DNA of 64,000 nt, taken from the NCBI GenBank assembly GCA_965178125.1, contig OZ237738.1, positions 186,001 to 250,000 of the forward strand, read 5' to 3'. The DNA comes from Bilabrum cf. latius. Lineage: Eukaryota. Positions 1 to 11,996 of this stretch are shown here, one piece after another; position 1 is the first letter of the stretch, and the number at the start of each line of letters is the position of its first letter. A program made the translations under genes and the position numbers. Below the pieces are notes generated by a model. The model saw nothing but the letters and a program-made list of their open reading frames with translations. It did no database searches and had not been told where the DNA came from.

Positions 1-3000
1 GCTGCTGAGCGCGCATGCCTGCCTCAAGCGCCTGTCGCAGCGAATCGGGAAGCAGGTGCGGCCTGCGCAGGGCGGTCTCATCGATGGGCGGCATCTGCGC
101 CTTGGACACGAGAACCTCCGGCAGGTACTGCAGGAAGGCATACTGCGCTACAAACTGCAGGGGGTGCCGCCGCAGGTCGGGCCGCCTCGAGTCCCCCCCC
201 GCGAGCGCAGTCCGGGCACGCGGGAAGAACGCGCTCCCGAACGCGCGTGCGGCGGCGGCGATCGGCGGTGTCAGCTGCAGCGCGCGGCCCGCGTCGTCAG
301 CGGCTCCGCCTCCGCCCCCACCAAGACCCCTGGGAGAGGGCACCAGCGGCTGCCTGCCCCTGATACCGTGCTCCTTGGCCGCAGCGACTGCAGAGGCCAC
401 CGCGCCCATGAGCCTGTACTGGCCCCCCCGGATGGCCCGCAGGAAGGAGGCCAGTGCGCTGCTGGGCACACCGTCCAGGAGATCTCTCCACGGTGCCACG
501 GGACTTGCCACCGCGAATGCTTTCGCCTCCCCGTGCCGCCCGCCTGCGGCAGAGGTGCTGCTCCTGCCCGTCCGGACGGAAGCTGCGGCGCCTCCACCCG
601 CCGCCCCCTAGCCCATACCTCCGTGCCTAAACGAAGACATGAAAGAGAGCTCGGTACGTGACTCGGACAGCCCGTCCACGTCGGCAGACATGGCAATGCG
701 GGCCGCCCTGGCCACCGCAGCGAAGGACGCGCGAGCGGCAGGGACCAGCGACACCGGCATGGCTTCCGCAAGGCACGGCAGCGATTCCTCTGGGGCATCG
801 AGGGAGATGGAGGGAGCCCCCCTCGACTCGTGGTAGGGCCGCTGCAGCCGGTCGGCCGAGGCCCCCGCCTGCGCGAGGTCAGCTTCCGCCATGAACCGCC
901 TCAGCATGTGGCACTCGAAGCTGGCCACCCCAAGGAGCGCGGACGCACGAGCCGCCTCTGACCGGAGCGCGCTAGCGAATTTGGCCGTTTGCGCAGGGGT
1001 TTGATCGTCTGCGGCGGTGCGGGGGGAGTGCATCTCGCTGCCGGGTGCCTTCCACGGCTCTGCTGCGGTGGCACTGCCCCTGCGGGACGGCGAGGATGGG
1101 TTGCTGGATGGGGCCGAGAGCCCCTCCTGCATGCGCACCATGCGCCTGGCGATGTTGTCCACCTCGGCAGAGGATCTCTGCAGCGAAAGAGCGATGCCAA
1201 CGCCCGCCGCCACCCCGCTCGCCGTCACGACAGCCACTGGGTACGAGTGGCCGCTGCCAGACTGCTCCCGCGCACAGGCCCGCATGCCGGCCGCCGCCCG
1301 CCGCACGCCCTCGCCGGGCTCGGGGTATCCCTCTGCCGCGGGGCTCGCCAGGGAGTCGGCGGTTGCGTCCAAGGCGGAGGAGGCGGCTCTCTTCCCGACG
1401 GCCGCAAACCCCGTCTCTCTCGCGAATGTGGCAAAGAAGGACGCCACTGCCTGCAGCGGGTGCACGATCACGGGGGGACGGGAGCTCGAGGCAGAGCTGC
1501 CGTCGCCGCGCCACCGCGCCCGCCGCCGCCGCCGCCGCCGCCTGCGGGCCGCGGGCGAGTCCTCAAACGCGTTGGGGTCCCCTGGCCTGGGCGCGCGCGC
1601 GGCCCCCGCGGCCTTCCCCACCAGGCTGCGCGTGAGGAGCTAGAGGTCCCTCGTCGGAATCGGATACTTGCGGCCCACGGGCTGCTGGCCCGGGCGCCTG
1701 GGTGCCTTGGACGGATCCACCCCGGGCGGGGGCTCCAGCTCGGACATGAGGCTGGGAAGCAGCCCAAAGTTGCTGGCCCTTGCGTGGCCGCGGGCCCGCC
1801 GCTCCTGGCCCACGGCCTGTCCCCACGCTTCCCTCGCTACGCACACGCGACGCTGGTCGTGCTCCGCAAATACGGCGGCCAGCATCACGGCCATTGCCTC
1901 CACGGGAATGAGGCTCGGGCTCGGCTGCTGCGTGGATCCGGGCCGTGCATCCGCCCTCCCCGGAATATTCCTGGACTGCCCATCACCACCACTGGATGGA
2001 TCAGACGAGGTCTGCTCCCCTTGACTCGACTCTCCGTGCCCGGCCCCGTTCGACCACTGCGAGGCCACGTCGCCCTCATGTCTCACCCACGCACGCAGCA
2101 GCAGCAGGCTCCGCTTGAAGAGGTGCGGCCGCAGCTTGGCAGGCCGCCTGCCGCCCCAAGCAGCACGACCGCCGCCGCCACCGCCCAGCGCTCCCTCCGG
2201 AGAGCCGGTCCCGGGAGCGCCCTGCGCCTGCATCGCACCTAGGAGGCGCTCCTCACGCCGCACCGAGGCCGCGTACCTCACCCTGGTCACCGCATCGATC
2301 TCCTTGTCGATAGCCTCGATCCAGCGCGCCATGGCCAGCGAGTGGTGGTCGTTCACGGATATCTTGCAGAGCACGTTGTCCACGATGCATCGCAGCACAG
2401 GGGCCTCCAGCGGCAGCGGCCGAAGCTCCTCCTCCTCATCGCTCAGGTCATCCAGCTCCAGGCCAAGAGTGTCCTCACCAAGCCCGCCCGCACACGACGC
2501 AGAGTCGCCAAGATCAGCCTGGCTCAGGAGGGTCGCGACCGGACCACGGCCACCCCCGCGCCCGCCCTTGCCGCCCTTATTTTTCTTATTTTTCTTCTTC
2601 TGTTTCTTGGACCCGGGCCCGCCGGCATCGTCCTCCTGGCCCTGTGCCGCCTTGACAAACCGCAGCCTCGAGTTCCTCCGCTCCACGATCTCGTGTCTCT
2701 GCCGCCGCAGAACAGCGGTCGCCCTGTCGACCCCGGCCAGGTCGAAGCTCACGTTGCGGATGGCGTAGTGACGCCCGTCCCTTCCGAACTGCCACGGGGG
2801 CAGCGAGGCAGGGCCGGTCGCGGACTGTGCGGCGCTCAGCTGCTCCTCACCCATCTCTGGGTCGGGCTAGTGCAGCTAGGCGTGAGACGTTGGGACTGCA
2901 CTACCGCCGTGCGCGCTGGAAGCCCCGAAGAAGTCCGAGCCGGTGACGGCGCTTCGTCCGTCCGTGCTGTCCTCACCCGGCAGCACGATCCACGGGTTGC

Positions 3001-6000
3001 TGATCACGGACCCCGCGAGATCACCCTGGCTGCCACCGAACTACGAGCCCCCGCCGCCGCCCGGCAGCACACCCGCGGCTAGCATCGCCCTCCGCTCCCT
3101 CCTCGCCAGCGCCTCTGAGGTTGTGGTGGAGGCTCGGTCATCCAGCGCCTGCGTCTGCCTGACGGCCTCTTCCACCCGCGACTCGGGGCGCACGTCCACG
3201 GCAGCGTCCTGCAGGGCAGCGAAGCGCATCTGCGCGGCCTCTCGCACAGTGAGTGTGATGGCATTGGAGGGTGACGGGGGTGGATTCGGAGCACCCGACT
3301 GCATTGGGATGATTGGGGGGCTGCTGTCAAGGAGCACGGCGGCAGCCGAGCCCGAGGGCTAGTGGGCCGTGGCGTTGGCTACTGGCCCGTCATATCCGTG
3401 CACCTGTCCCAAATCTTTGCCACGCTAGGCCACCGCTCCAGGCTGTCCCTGCGCCCCAGCAATAACCGCGCCTTGCGGGCGGGCCTGGGTCTACGTGGCA
3501 CCAGCGCTCGGCTTGGGCCCGCCACTCCTGACCTTGGAGTGCAGCGCCGAGACCTTGCACAGGGCCTCGTTGAGCTTCACCAGCCACGCCCCGCCAGCCT
3601 CCTCCACCTCGCTGATAATGACGGTGGCGGCGAGGGGCGAGTCGGGCAGGTAGGTCCTTGCGCACACCTCACCAACCATGATGGTCTCGGCAGCGATCGA
3701 GTCAGACACCAGCTGCTGCAAGAAGAGGCCGATGTCATCCCGCTTCTAATTGCTCGATGGGACGGGCTGCGCCGCCTCCACCACTCGAGCGGACTCCTCC
3801 AGCACAGCCCTCCACACGGCCTGCAGCTGTGACGACTGCGAGGCGGGCTGCGACGATGCGCCCTCGCCGTCCGCTGCCTCAGCCTCGCCCGAGGCCCGGG
3901 CCCCGACGGGGTCATCCGCATGGAACGAGGAGCTGAACCTAGTGCGAAGGGACTGCAGCCCGGTGCCACGGGCCTACCTCTCTCCCCGCGCGGCGGCACG
4001 GAACACGGCCAACTCGCCCTGCACGGCGCCCAGCTTGTCCGCCAGCCGCCTAAGCCGCCCCGCAGGCACCGTGTTGTCCGAGCTGCTCTTGCCGTCTCCA
4101 GACACGGACGCTGCTCCCGGCGCCTTCGCAAGCCGCCTGGCTTGCTGCGAGTACCACTTTCTGAGCGGAGCCCCGAAGATCCACCTCCGCACGGCAGATG
4201 CACTCCTGGCCTCGCTCTCGGCGAATGTGACGCCGGGAAGCACCACCAGCTCCGAGTCGGTGGTGGTCACGGTGCCCGTGCCGGTGACCTCACTGCCCGC
4301 CACAGAGAGCGCTGGGGGCACCGCGGAGGGATGGCCCGCGCCCACGAACAGATTTGGCGCCAGCTGGATGCCCCCCCCAGGCCCGGAGCCACCTCCGATG
4401 GTGAGGCTGCCTCTGCCAAACAGGCCGCCGCCATCCGAGGGCAGCACGCCGGGGGCAGCTCCTGTGAGGTGGGCCAACCCGCCCAAGGCCCCCGCGGCGC
4501 CCCCACTGCTGGAGGCGTCTTCCCTGCCCTATGCAGTGCCACTGCTTTCTCCTGCCCTCTGCAACCGGCGCTTGTGCTCCCGCTCGGCCACCGCCGCTGC
4601 AATCTCGTTGCTGCGGGCGGCTTCCGCCCCATACACGCCCGCGGCCTCTCCCGTCACGTCCATGCCGGCCTGCACGCCCGCGGGGTCCGTCCCCTGCCGG
4701 CCGTCGATGTCCCTGTCAAAAGCCTCCTGCTTCTCACCCGCCCCCCTCACCTCGCCGTCAGGGCCCACCAGCACGAGGCCCCCGCGCTGTCCCATGGCAA
4801 ACCTTCGGCCAGACTCCGTTGGGGCCGTGCGCGTGCTCGACGGACCACCATCTCCCTCCCTGGAGCTGCTCTCCGAGAAGTCCTGGCTGCGTCCTGCCTC
4901 GCTGCTGCCGCTTGCTCCCATGGACAGCAGCCCAGTCCCCTGTCCCTGGAACATGCCACCCGGGGTCGTCCTGACGCTGAACCCGGTCGCCACGCTGGCC
5001 CCGTCCTGGCTCGCGTGTTCCCCCGCGACCACACCCTGCTAGCCCATGCCAGGGAGCTGGCCTGCGTGCGGAGCAGCCGGCTCGCTAGGCGCAGGAGGGC
5101 TGGGGGCCTGGTGCTGTACTACGAAGGAGTGCCCGCGGGAAGGCGACGGGGAACCTGCGGAGGGCACGCCCGCCCCCTGGTCCGTCCAGTCCACGTCCTG
5201 CCACGACTTGTGGCCTCCTGGTGGCGCCCCGCCGCTTGCCACCGCGTCCCAGCCCCCGTCGGACTGCGAGGACGCCCACGGGTTCCCTTGCAGCCTGCCG
5301 TCCCCCGCGATCGAGTGCCGCCAGCTCACAATTGAGGCGGCGTCGCTTTCAGCATCGAACGCAACGGAAGCTCCTGAAGAGCCCTGACCCTGGAAGTTCG
5401 AGCCGGAGGCGCCCAGCCGCTGGCCCTGCGGGGCCGGGGCCACACTCATGGCCCGGCCAGCCTGAGGCAGCCCGCGTGTCCCACCATCGCTGCTGCTGTA
5501 CCCCTGCTGCTATTGCTGCTGCTGCTGCTGCTGCTGGTACCCTTCCAGCCCTAGACCAGGGGGAGTGGCCGTGGAGGTCTGCGACAGGCGGTGCTAGCCA
5601 CTACGCACTGCGAGCACACGCGCCGCGCGGCCCTGGCTCTGGCTCTGGCCCTGGCCCTGGCCACCGCTCTGGCTCGCGCCCGAGAAGGACTGCCCCGCCG
5701 CGAAGCTGCCCCGGCCTAGCTCAGGCATAACGTCGTCCAGCAGCCCAGTCGAAGAGCGCCGGCTGTCGAAACGCCGCCGGTCGTCCAACGGGTCCGGGGG
5801 CCCGGCAAGTCTCTCGGCAGAGGCCCGGCGCTCTGGGCTCGTGTCCGAGTCGCCGCCGCCCTCCATGCGGTGAGGCGGCCGCTCGCGAGGCAGCGCAGTT
5901 CCTGCACCCGGCCCGCCCACGCTCCCCTTGTCTACGCGCAGCTGCCAGTCAAGCACCTTCGCCAGCAGCTGCTTGTCCTCGGCAGCAGCAGCGGCCGCGT

Positions 6001-9000
6001 CGTCGTCCTCGCCGGACCCGCCAGAGGCAGCCCCCCCCTCATCTGCTCCGAGAGTGCGGCTTCCGATCGTGCCACTTGCTTGGGACGAGGGTGACACGGG
6101 CAGCGGCGGTGGTGCGTCCGAGCCAGCACTACCGGCGGCCGCACCGGCCTCTTCACCATCGCCTGCGCCCACGCCAGAGGCGCCGCCTTCGGTTGCGGCT
6201 CCCCGTTGCCGCACGCGAGGTGCGCTGCTGCCTCCTTCGCGAGACCCCGTCTCGAGGCCGGCGGGCAGCGCCACTGGGCCGTCCGCAGCCGTGTCCTGGG
6301 ACTGCAAAGGCGTCTCCGGCTCCTCCCCGCTGTGCCTCTGCCGGTGGCGCCTCCTCCTGCGCTTGGCGCTCGCAGAGAGTTCGCCGGGGGCAGACACCCT
6401 GGCCAGGTCGCTGCCGGGTCCCGTGCTTCCTTCGCTGCTGCGGTGGCTCCTCAGCACTGCGAGCGAGCGCACGAGCCCAGTGACTTCGCGCTTGCTGAGC
6501 GAGTCTCGCCGAGGGTCTGCCACGGCCACGCTCGCCGGATCTAGTTCCCCGTCGCCCTTGTCGTTGGCACCGCCCCGGGCGCTCTTTCCCTCACCGCCGC
6601 CCGCGGCTTGCTTGGAGCGAGGCTTGGCCTTGTCACTCCCCGAATCCCCGCTGCTGCCCTTCACAGGCCGCCCGCCAATCATGGCACCCTGTCTGCGGGA
6701 CGACCTCGACTTCCTGGCCGAGCTGTCGCTCGTGTCCGCCTCGGCGCTCGTGTCCTGGCTCACCTCCCGGGGCCCGCGCTGCCCCCGCGGCTGCTGCCTC
6801 GCCAGCAACCGCAGGATCTGGCCCATTCTCACGCGGAGCCCCTCCAGCTCCTTTTGCGTCTGCATGAACTGAAGCACGTCAGCGGATGGCGGTTCCTGCC
6901 CCCGAGACCGCACCGCATCGTGCCTCCTCGATGTGGTCTCCACGGTCCGAGAAAGAGCACTCTGCAGTCGGATGGTGCGGGCGAGTGCCGCCTGCCAAGC
7001 CAGCGTGCGCTTCCTGTCGTCCAAGAAGTGCACCAGCTCGTCGCACCTCCAGGCCTCCTTGCGCCTGCATACCATCCTGATGTAGTCCTCCAGATGCTTC
7101 CTCCTCTCCTCGCTGACGTCCACGCCAGCCATCTGCATGAGGCCCTGCATCAGCCGAACGTCTGGGAATCGGGGCAGCTCGGCACCGGCGGTGCAGGCAG
7201 CCAGCAAGCATCGATGCAGAGCCTGGAACTCCCGGTACCTCCGCTGCACCAGCCACGTACGCAGCCCGCTCGTAACCCGCACCAGGTACACCACGTGGTC
7301 TCGGCGCCTACCGTATCCCACGATGGCCACCTGCACCGGACACGATAGCTGCGGCTGCTGCAGCTGCTGGCGAGCAGCCTGCAGCGCTACCTCTGCGGAG
7401 GGCATGGTGCTTCCTTGCCCGCGCCCCTGTCCTTGCCCCAGCTCGCGCCTGGCTTGCTGCTGGTGTTGCGAGTGGCCTGAGGGGTTGCCGTCTGGCATCA
7501 GTCCTATCACACTGTGGCGGTCGTCACCACGCCTAGATCCGCGGCCGGGCTGCTGCTGCTGCTGCTGCTGGCCCCAGCCCCCCGTGCCTGCATCAGTGCT
7601 CCACGGCTTTGCTCGCGAGGACACTCCTATCTGCCCCTACCCCCTGACACGCCCGTGCTCGCCCGCCATCATGCTGCCTCTGCTGGCTGCTGGGGGCTCC
7701 GTGTGAGGGGCCAGCACGCCGTGCCCCTGCCTGTGGTCGAAGCCCTCGGAGAAGCTGCGTGCCTGTGGCTGCAGATTAGTGGGTCTCGCCGGGGTCACGA
7801 CGGCTCGCTGTCCTGGCTGATAGTGCTGCTGCTGTCCTATGTGCTCTCCCCGGCTAAGGTCTGGCCGCAAGTGCTGCTGGGGATGCTGGGGGTGCTCCCC
7901 GCCCACCACGCTCCCGCTTGCCAGGCTGCTGCCGTCCACCGAGGCGGCACCGCCGAAGGACCCAAGCAGCTGCTGCAGCTCAGAGCTAGCCCAATCTCCC
8001 TGCCCCGCCGCGCCCACCGCCTGCTGCATGGCAAGTGCCCCATCGGCGCCGGCCAGCGTGGCCACGAGACTTCCCCGCGCCTCCCGCGGCGGGGCAGGCA
8101 TCGTCTCGCGGCCCCTCTGGCCTCTTCCTCCTCCTCCGTCGCTGCCCGCCAGCCCGAGCATCGCAAACGCTTTGCTGTAGCCCCCAGACCCGCTGTTCCC
8201 TGGCCGACCGCTCCCCCCATGACCCCCCTCGTTCATCGTTTCATGACCCCCGTCGTCCTCCCTGATCGCCTCCATCTGGCTCACCGACCGCCGGCCCAGG
8301 CCACTGCCAGTGCTGCCACCGGACCCCCTGTGCACCCGGGGCGCCGCTCCAGCGCCGCCGCTCCCACCGGCACCCGCACCTGCACCGACGCTGCTGCTAG
8401 TTCTCGGCGATAACCCCGAGGATGCGGCCATCGGCTGGCCGGCGTGGTGTGACGAGCGCTGCACCTGCCCCCCGCTGTGCCTCCGACGGACGCCCAGGTC
8501 TGGTCCACGGGGAGACAGGTTGGACACGCCGTGGGGCCCGCTGCCCGCCATGCCGTCAGAGGTGCTGTGGCTCCTCCGAGGGGGGGGCGCCTCGTGGGGG
8601 TGCCTCGGGTCCCTTCCGCGCGAGCCACGCCCCGCCTCCCGTCCGGAGGACCCCCCGCTGAAGCTCGCCCTCGTCCTCGCACCGGTGCCAGACCCACTGC
8701 TGCTGCCAGTGCCCGCGCCCATGCCCGCGCCTGCGGGGTGCTGCAGGCCAGGCGGCGGGCCCAGCGAGTGTGGCGAGTGAGACACCCCGTACCCTCCACC
8801 CCCACTCCCACGGGGCTGGCCCACCCGGGAGCCCCGGAGCGGCGTACCTCCAACTGCACCAGAGTGCAATGCACCTCCTCCTCCGGTAACCCCGCCCGCT
8901 CTTGCCCTATGCCGCACGGACGCGCCCTGCTTGCCGGCAGTGTAAGCCCGGCGCCTCTGCTCCTCCCTCTCCTGATCCGATGCCAGTGACCCTGACGCCG

Positions 9001-9809
9001 CGATCCTGCCTGCAGAAATACCCTCCTGCAGCTCTCTGTCCGAGGGCTGGGGCCTTAGGGCTCCCTGCTGGGCCCGGTGCGGGCGCGGGCCGCCACCCAG
9101 CATCCCCGGCGGGATTGAATACGTGCTAGCCCCTCTCTTGCGCCCTGGATTGGCATGCCCTGTCCTTGGCACTGATAATGAAGATGATGGTGGCGGCAGT
9201 TCGCTGCCTCGCCGGCCACCGTGTGGGCTGCCGGGCCTTCCCGAGCCGGGCGACGGATTCTCCCCAATTCCGAGGAGCATCATTGCCTTGCTTCGAGAGG
9301 GTCTTCTGGCGCGGTCCGCATCTACTTCTGAGTCGGATGATCCGTCACCCATTGAGTCCAAACTGTCCATTCTAGCTCGAGCGCCGCTCCCAGACACACC
9401 GCCTTGTGATGCGTGGCGCATTCCAACAGGCGTACGCCCGGTTACCTCAGGCGCCTACAAGGGGGGAAAAAGGCGGCAAATGTATTGCGTTCAATATTAG
9501 GGAAGTTACTGTGGAGAAAATACACTTTTTGTCGGATGCAGCGTCAGCATTCATAGGTTGGGCTTTGTCTTGATGTTATGCGACCAGTTGCATCCTAAAG
9601 GCATGTCGCGAACCAAACAACACAACGGTGCTACTAGTTGGCCAGTAATAGCATTTTAATCAAGGATAGGGGGCAACCGGCACGACCGGATCCCATTGTA
9701 GCAGCATGGAACGGTGACGTGCTGCTTGGATCGGACTCACGACCGCACTAGAATTGCTGCCTTCAGCTGAGCCGTTGTTGCCTTGAGGCCCATCAGAGCT
9801 TCCTTGCAT
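1..9809 (-). CDS. Giant (>3100 aa, 3' end outside window) PX-domain + nucleotidyltransferase-fold (PAP/OAS1-substrate-binding type) protein; exons 9809-9741 and 9454-<1
   Basis: Nine track ORFs (7637..9421, 5594..7624, 5039..5449, 4529..5032, 3974..4486, 3491..3721, 3041..3337, 1640..2854, 608..1621) share one frame and are separated only by TAG (about 15). PX motif HVVYLVRV..WLVQRRYREFQALH..FP..EERRKHLEDYI at about 7330-7010. NTase-like motifs RTYLPD, LRCIVDNVLCKISVN, HLFKRSLLLLRAW, HPLQAVASFFATFA. Phase-0 GTGAGT..TTGTAG intron 9740-9455; first exon less certain. Confidence 0.8.
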
Positions 9810-10703
9810 ACTGATCTACTCCCAGTCGCAGAACTCCCAAATCGGGGCTGCTAATGCTCCCCAAGCCGTTTCGGCTGCAGAGCCGAAGCAGGCGGTGCAC
9901 TACCATGCACTGCACATACAGTCACGCAGACAATAATCGCCCGAATCCGCGTAGTACGTTGCCCCCGTGTTTCCAGAGGCCGGACCATCTCCCCTGTCCT
10001 GCAGCGGCAAACACCAGAACCGTGTAACATGCCCACGGGCCTGGCGGCCAGTGGTGGGGCCGGTAGTACCCTGCCCTGCCAGCCCCTGGCAGACATACGG
10101 AGTCCCAGCTCGCGGCGAGCCCGCTGCACGCGCTGGCGGGCCGCCTCAATCGACACAGAGACGCGCATGAAAGCCTGCACCTAGAAGATCCTGTCTACTG
10201 CCATACTACCTGCGCCGGCTGGCGGGGCGCCCCCGCCGCGGTGATGGAGGCCCCTCTCGACCATATGCGGGATGCAGGCCATCGGTAGCAGTCTTGCTCG
10301 CCCTGTACGCGTTGCATGACCAGCCACTGCCATCGTCACAAGGGTTGAGCTCTACCGAGGGTGTGCTGCTGCTGCTGCATCCCAAAGCGGTAGCAGCGGC
10401 ATGCCAGTGGGGTGAGTGGCTCATGTCGCACCCCATTCCACCGCTTGATTCAGTATCGGGTGCAGTTAGTTAACGTGGCGAGCTCCGGACGGCAGTTGGT
10501 CCGGGTTGTTGGCAGGATTAAAACAATACGCTACAACTCAGAAACCAGATGCAGACGTGGCACGGCAACTGCAACATCCTATGATCGCTCGCACTTCTCG
10601 ACGGACTCTACTTGTTGCACTTTCAACCTTAGTTGCATACAGAGCACCTTAGACATTTGCTGCAGCGTCGTGTGCTGGCAGCAAAATCCAGTCTAGTACT
10701 TTT

Positions 10704-11612
10704 ATGGGATCGGCCGCCTCAAGCTCACACACGCGAGACCTTGAAGGAGGGAAAATCATGGCATCTGCTAGCGATACAAAAGAAGTATCTGCCTCCGGTT
10801 ATTCAATTCGGCGCCTGACCAAGGAAGAGATCGCCGACGCCGAGAAAGACTTGACTGCTACAGAGAGGCATATCCTGCTCGAGCATGGCACTGGTGAGGT
10901 CCCGTCATCGCGCTGAAGACCATATTGTGCTTTCTGCGTGTATCGGCTGTTCCCACTTCGTTGCGAGCATGTCACCACGATTCAACTCCACCATGACGCG
11001 TCAAGTTGGCACCGCAGAGCGAGCGTTTACAGGGCCTCTTTACACGGAGAAACGGAAGGGAACCTACGTGTGTGCTCTTGGTGGCCTCCCCCTGTTCTCA
11101 AGCGAGGCAAAGTTTGAATCTGGCAGCGGCTGGCCCAGTTTCTTCCAGCCAATCGACCCCGACCACGTGGTCGAGGTTCGCGACAGCTCCTTCGGCATGG
11201 TCAGGGTCGAGGTCCTCGATGCCCGGACTGGAGCTCACCTGGGGCATGGTGAGATCCAATTCTAGATCTAGATTTACGCTCGTGCAGCGTGCCGCCTCTG
11301 CGAGCTGGGGGACTTCCGTGCAGCAATCTCAGCATTCCCCCGACGGTGCTTCTGTATTAGCCCTCCCCCCCCCCCCGCTACCCATGCCTCTTGCTCTTGC
11401 CGCGCGCAGTGTTCGAAGATGGCCCAAAGCCCACAGGATTACGGTACTGCATCAACAGTGCGGCCCTGAGGTTCATCCCGGAGGGGGACCCCGTGCCCGC
11501 CCAGTCACAGAAAGACCCGTCTTTCGTGGCGGCCCAGGCCGGGGCAGGCAAGGGGGAGGAGGCTAAGGGAGAGGCCAAGGTGGAGGTGAAGGCAGGGGGG
11601 GAGACTTCTTGA
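10704..11612 (+). CDS. msrB: Peptide methionine-R-sulfoxide reductase MsrB; exons 10704-10893, 11018-11248, 11410-11612
   Basis: Spliced product has [40 protein letters not shown]. Two GT-AG introns restore the motifs exactly; ends TGA. Confidence 0.95.
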
Positions 11613-11996
11613 GGATCGGCGTGCATTGGGGCACGGTTGAGTGCGCTGTGCTGGTGCCCGCTGGTGTGGCAGTGAATGCGTATCACAGGCCCAAGGCAGA
11701 TCCAGCTGCCGCGGTGGACCTAGCGAGTCTAACTATTGGCATGAGATATTTTGTAGTGTTCAGTGTGGTCGTGACAGGCGTGATCTAGCAGTTGCACGGC
11801 AGGCATCTTCGTGCTGGCGCCGCGCACCATTTGTCGGTTTGCGGAACCAACTGTCGAGTCGCAGCAATTTCGGGTTCCAATACAATCTAAAGGCATTTCT
11901 ACCATGTCATCCGCATCACCAGGTATATTTATCTAGGATGAGGGAGACTCTGCCGAAAGTGGGGGCGAAATATCAACAGAATCCGTGCTTTAGCGG

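Noticed and set aside
9810-10703. Extra small gene, tRNA-Gln(CUA) or ncRNA in the larger intergenic gaps (also 20328-21049 and 61089-61876)
   Set aside because: No cloverleaf, conserved motif or convincing ORF recognised by eye; a tRNAscan/Infernal run would be needed to exclude one.
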